This document shows, in pieces, positions 44,486 to 47,040 of a stretch of DNA of 47,040 bases (within the stretch, counting starts at the first letter, position 1; every line of letters starts with the position of its first letter). Origin of the DNA: a virus. Lineage: Duplodnaviria; Caudoviricetes. The stretch is taken from the IMG/VR virus record IMGVR_UViG_3300031228_000010, positions 1-47,040 of that record. The stretch is one strand, 5' to 3'. A program made the position numbers and the translations under genes. A model generated the notes under the pieces. The model was not told the DNA's origin, did not search any database, and saw nothing but the letters and a program-made list of their open reading frames with translations.

Positions 44486-45285
44486 CCGTCTACCAGGCCC
44501 CGATACGCCGCATTGAGACGGCGAAAGGGCACCACTACAAAGACGCAGCGGGGCAGCGCGTGCCTGGCGTGACCACCATCCTCGGTGACGGCGTACCCAA
44601 ACCTGCGCTCATCAACTGGGCTGCGAACACGACGGCCGAGTATGCCGTCGACCGGTGGGACGACCTCGCCGACCTGTCCCCGTCGCAGCGGATGAAGACG
44701 CTCAAGGGCGCACGGTATGAGGACCGGGACCGGGCGGCCAGGCAGGGCACCCGCGTGCACGCGCTCGCCGAGAAGCTCGTCAACGGGGAAGAGGTCGAGA
44801 TCCCCGACGAGCTGGCGGGGCACGTCGAGTCGTATGTGCACCTGATCGACTCGTTCGGTGTCGTCGCCGTGATGACCGAGTTCACCGTCGTCAACTATGC
44901 GGTCGGCTACTGCGGCACGGCGGACCTCATCGCCGACATACCCGGGCACGGTCGCCTGCTGTGCGACATCAAAACCAGCCGCTCGGGCATCTTCGGTGAG
45001 ACGGCGTGGCAGCTCAGTGCCTACCGTCATGCCGAATTCAAATGCGGCGGCGACGGCGAGCAACCGATGCCTGAGGTCGACGGCTGCGCCGCCATCCACG
45101 TCCGCGCCGACGGTGCTGATCTCATCCCCGTCACTGCGGGGCATCAGCAGTTCCGCGAGTTCCAGTACATCGCGCAGGTGGCCAAGGCCGCCAAGGGTTC
45201 CCGCGACCTCGTCGGCGCGCCACTCGACCCGCCGACCAGCACGCCGAGACGACGACTTGAGATCACCCAGGAGGAAGCAGTATGA
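44482..45285 (+). CDS. PD-(D/E)XK exonuclease (recombination)
   Basis: VPGVTTIL..KPAL..WAA, GTRVH, GYCGTADL, DIKTS, QLSAY. Confidence 0.85.
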   Translation: MTVYQAPIRRIETAKGHHYKDAAGQRVPGVTTILGDGVPKPALINWAANTTAEYAVDRWDDLADLSPSQRMKTLKGARYEDRDRAARQGTRVHALAEKLVNGEEVEIPDELAGHVESYVHLIDSFGVVAVMTEFTVVNYAVGYCGTADLIADIPGHGRLLCDIKTSRSGIFGETAWQLSAYRHAEFKCGGDGEQPMPEVDGCAAIHVRADGADLIPVTAGHQQFREFQYIAQVAKAAKGSRDLVGAPLDPPTSTPRRRLEITQEEAV

Positions 45286-46289
45286 CCGCCGAACTCACCC
45301 CGTACCAGTCGCGCACCGAGATCGCGCCGCAACGTTCCAAGTCCGAACTCGACTCATGGGTGCACGCCATGGGTGACATCGCCCGGCTGTCCGAGTACAT
45401 CGCCGAGACCGAGTTCGTGCCCGACGCGATGCGAGGCCGACCGGCCGCCGTCGCCGCCGCGATCCTCACCGGCCGCGAGATGGGCCTGGAACCGATGACC
45501 GCGCTGCGTGGCATCCACGTCATCAAGGGCAAGCCCGGCCTGTCGGCCGAACTGATGCGCGCGCAGGTGCTCGCCGCCGGGCACCTCATCGAATACGTGG
45601 AGACCACCGACACGCGCTGCGTCGTCAAGGGCAAGCGGCGCGGCGAGCAGGAGTGGACGACGGTGTCGTTCACCTCGCAGCAGGCGCACAAGGCCAAGAT
45701 CGATCTGGGTGGCTACCCGGAGGACAAGCTGGTTGCGCGTGCCACCACGCGACTGTGCCGACGAAAGTTCTCCGACGTGGTCGCTGGCCTCGCGTCGGTC
45801 GACGAGTTGGAAGATGGCGAACGAGCACAGCCCGCCGAGACGACCGAGCAGCCGCAGCGTCGTACCGCGCAGCGCAAGCGCAGCACCCTAGCCTCTGACG
45901 TGCCCGCTGCCGCGCCTGAGCCGCAGCCAGCGCCCGCAGAACAGCAGCCCACGCCTGCCGGGCCACCACTGCCGGGAGAGGACGGCTACGACGAGCCCAG
46001 CGGTGAGGCGACCGAACAGGACGAAGCCGCGCCGGAGGAGATCACGGCCGCACAACAGAAGAAGCTCGGTGTGCTGATGCGTGCGCACGGCATCACCGAC
46101 AGGGACACGGCACTCGGGCTCGTCGCCAACATCATCGGCCGCACCGTCGGCTCCCGCAAGGAGCTGACGAAGGCCGAGGCCAGCTGGGTGATCGACGCGC
46201 TGGACCAGGACGAGCAGGCGCAGACAGCCCAGTACGAGGCTGAGCAGGACGCGGCTGATGAGGCTGCGACCGCTGAGGGTGCGTCGTGA
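45282..46289 (+). CDS. RecT-like single-strand annealing protein
   Basis: FVP..MRG.P.....IL.G.E.GL.PM.AL..IHVI.GKP.L.A..M.A; YP..L.ARA...R..F.DV..GL. Confidence 0.8.
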   Translation: MTAELTPYQSRTEIAPQRSKSELDSWVHAMGDIARLSEYIAETEFVPDAMRGRPAAVAAAILTGREMGLEPMTALRGIHVIKGKPGLSAELMRAQVLAAGHLIEYVETTDTRCVVKGKRRGEQEWTTVSFTSQQAHKAKIDLGGYPEDKLVARATTRLCRRKFSDVVAGLASVDELEDGERAQPAETTEQPQRRTAQRKRSTLASDVPAAAPEPQPAPAEQQPTPAGPPLPGEDGYDEPSGEATEQDEAAPEEITAAQQKKLGVLMRAHGITDRDTALGLVANIIGRTVGSRKELTKAEASWVIDALDQDEQAQTAQYEAEQDAADEAATAEGAS

Positions 46290-46540
46290 CGGGGCCGATC
46301 TCACTCGCCGAGGACACCGTGTTCCGGGCGCAGCAGGTCCTGCCTGGCACGCCGTACCCGGACGAGCCGTCCGAGTACATCCCGGCGGGTTGGTACGTCG
46401 TCGGCAGCTCGGGGCAGGAGGGCGCGGAGGTGATCATCTTGGTCGATGAGGCGTGGGACGCCGACGGCGAGGAGATACGCGAGCGGATCGCGAAGAGTGT
46501 CGCCGCACATCTCAACGAGACGTTCGGCGACCCGTCGTGA
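46286..46540 (+). CDS. hypothetical protein
   Basis: GTGA coupling. Confidence 0.55.
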   Translation: MTGPISLAEDTVFRAQQVLPGTPYPDEPSEYIPAGWYVVGSSGQEGAEVIILVDEAWDADGEEIRERIAKSVAAHLNETFGDPS

Positions 46541-46606
46541 TCCAGCACGAGGGCGAAGACCCGGACCGATATCACGACCGCATGGTCGATCAGGAGATGG
46601 ACAGCT

Positions 46607-46918
46607 ATGAGTGAGAGGCCCGGTGCGGCGTTCACCTACACCTACGAGTGCACGTGGGGTTGCACCGTTCACGTGGTGGACGGCAAAGAGTTGCCGCACG
46701 GCTGCCCCGCCTTGGCCGCCGTCCACCAGCGGTGCGACAACTTCAACCAAGCGCACCACGTCGTGGACGCGCTCGCGCCGCTGGTGCGCGAACTCAAGGC
46801 ATCCCAATGGGAGTCGGGGTTGCGGGACGGCCGCGCCGGGTTCGAGATCATCGGCTACCTCGCGGACGGCTCCCGTGACCCTGCGTGCTGGGCGGAGGAC
46901 AGCGATGGACGCACGTGA
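46607..46918 (+). CDS. hypothetical protein
   Basis: AGGAG upstream, ATG 46607. Confidence 0.55.
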   Translation: MSERPGAAFTYTYECTWGCTVHVVDGKELPHGCPALAAVHQRCDNFNQAHHVVDALAPLVRELKASQWESGLRDGRAGFEIIGYLADGSRDPACWAEDSDGRT

Positions 46919-47040
46919 GGTAGTCGATGCGTATGCCGCCGAGACGATGGACCTGTACGGCCGGGGCCAGTACGGCCGGGAAAGCCTCGTTCCGCTGGCC
47001 TTCGACGCGCTGCGGGCGGTGCTGGCGCTGCATCAGCCGC
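46894..47040 (+). repeat. 147-bp direct repeat, copy 2
   Basis: Matches 2455-2601; runs to the window end. Confidence 0.95.
46905..47040 (+). CDS. second copy of the 2466-2765 gene, truncated by window edge
   Basis: MDAREVVDAYAAETMDLYGRGQYGRESLVPLAFDALRAVLALHQP identical. Confidence 0.85.
   Translation, partial: MDAREVVDAYAAETMDLYGRGQYGRESLVPLAFDALRAVLALHQP

Noticed and set aside
44482-45285. Cas4/CRISPR association of the nuclease
   Set aside because: No Fe-S Cys cluster pattern and no array; pairing with a RecT-like gene indicates a recombination exonuclease
46894-47040. Repeat as phage terminal repeat or attL/attR
   Set aside because: Lies at the start of an early gene, far from both cos and integrase; better explained as re-entry into a second genome copy or variant

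Overview
High-GC temperate actinobacteriophage (HK97-type siphovirus) with no recognisable host DNA. The window is about one circularly permuted genome (unit length about 44.4 kb, from a 147-bp direct repeat at 2455-2601 / 46894-47040) plus about 2.5 kb extra. Gene order: recombination/replication genes (RecE-like nuclease, Rad52/Sak-like SSAP, HNH, WhiB, initiator, VRR-NUC), candidate late promoter, HNH and cos region, terminase, portal, protease, capsid, tail with a -1 frameshifted chaperone and tape measure protein, lysis cassette, a secreted beta-helix protein, an extra cluster with a His-rich repeat protein, an attP-like site, tyrosine integrase, repressor/Cro/Xis switch, and early genes (NDT-like, SsgA-like, Dam-like MTase, PD-(D/E)XK nuclease, RecT-like). 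The most striking observation is that the two ends carry two different versions of the same methyltransferase-recombination slot, sharing only three short boundary sequences. This fits either a tandem dilysogen of two variants or an assembly of a mixed population. SsgA-like and WhiB genes point to a filamentous/sporulating actinomycete host. All product calls come from motif recognition by eye; no searches were run.
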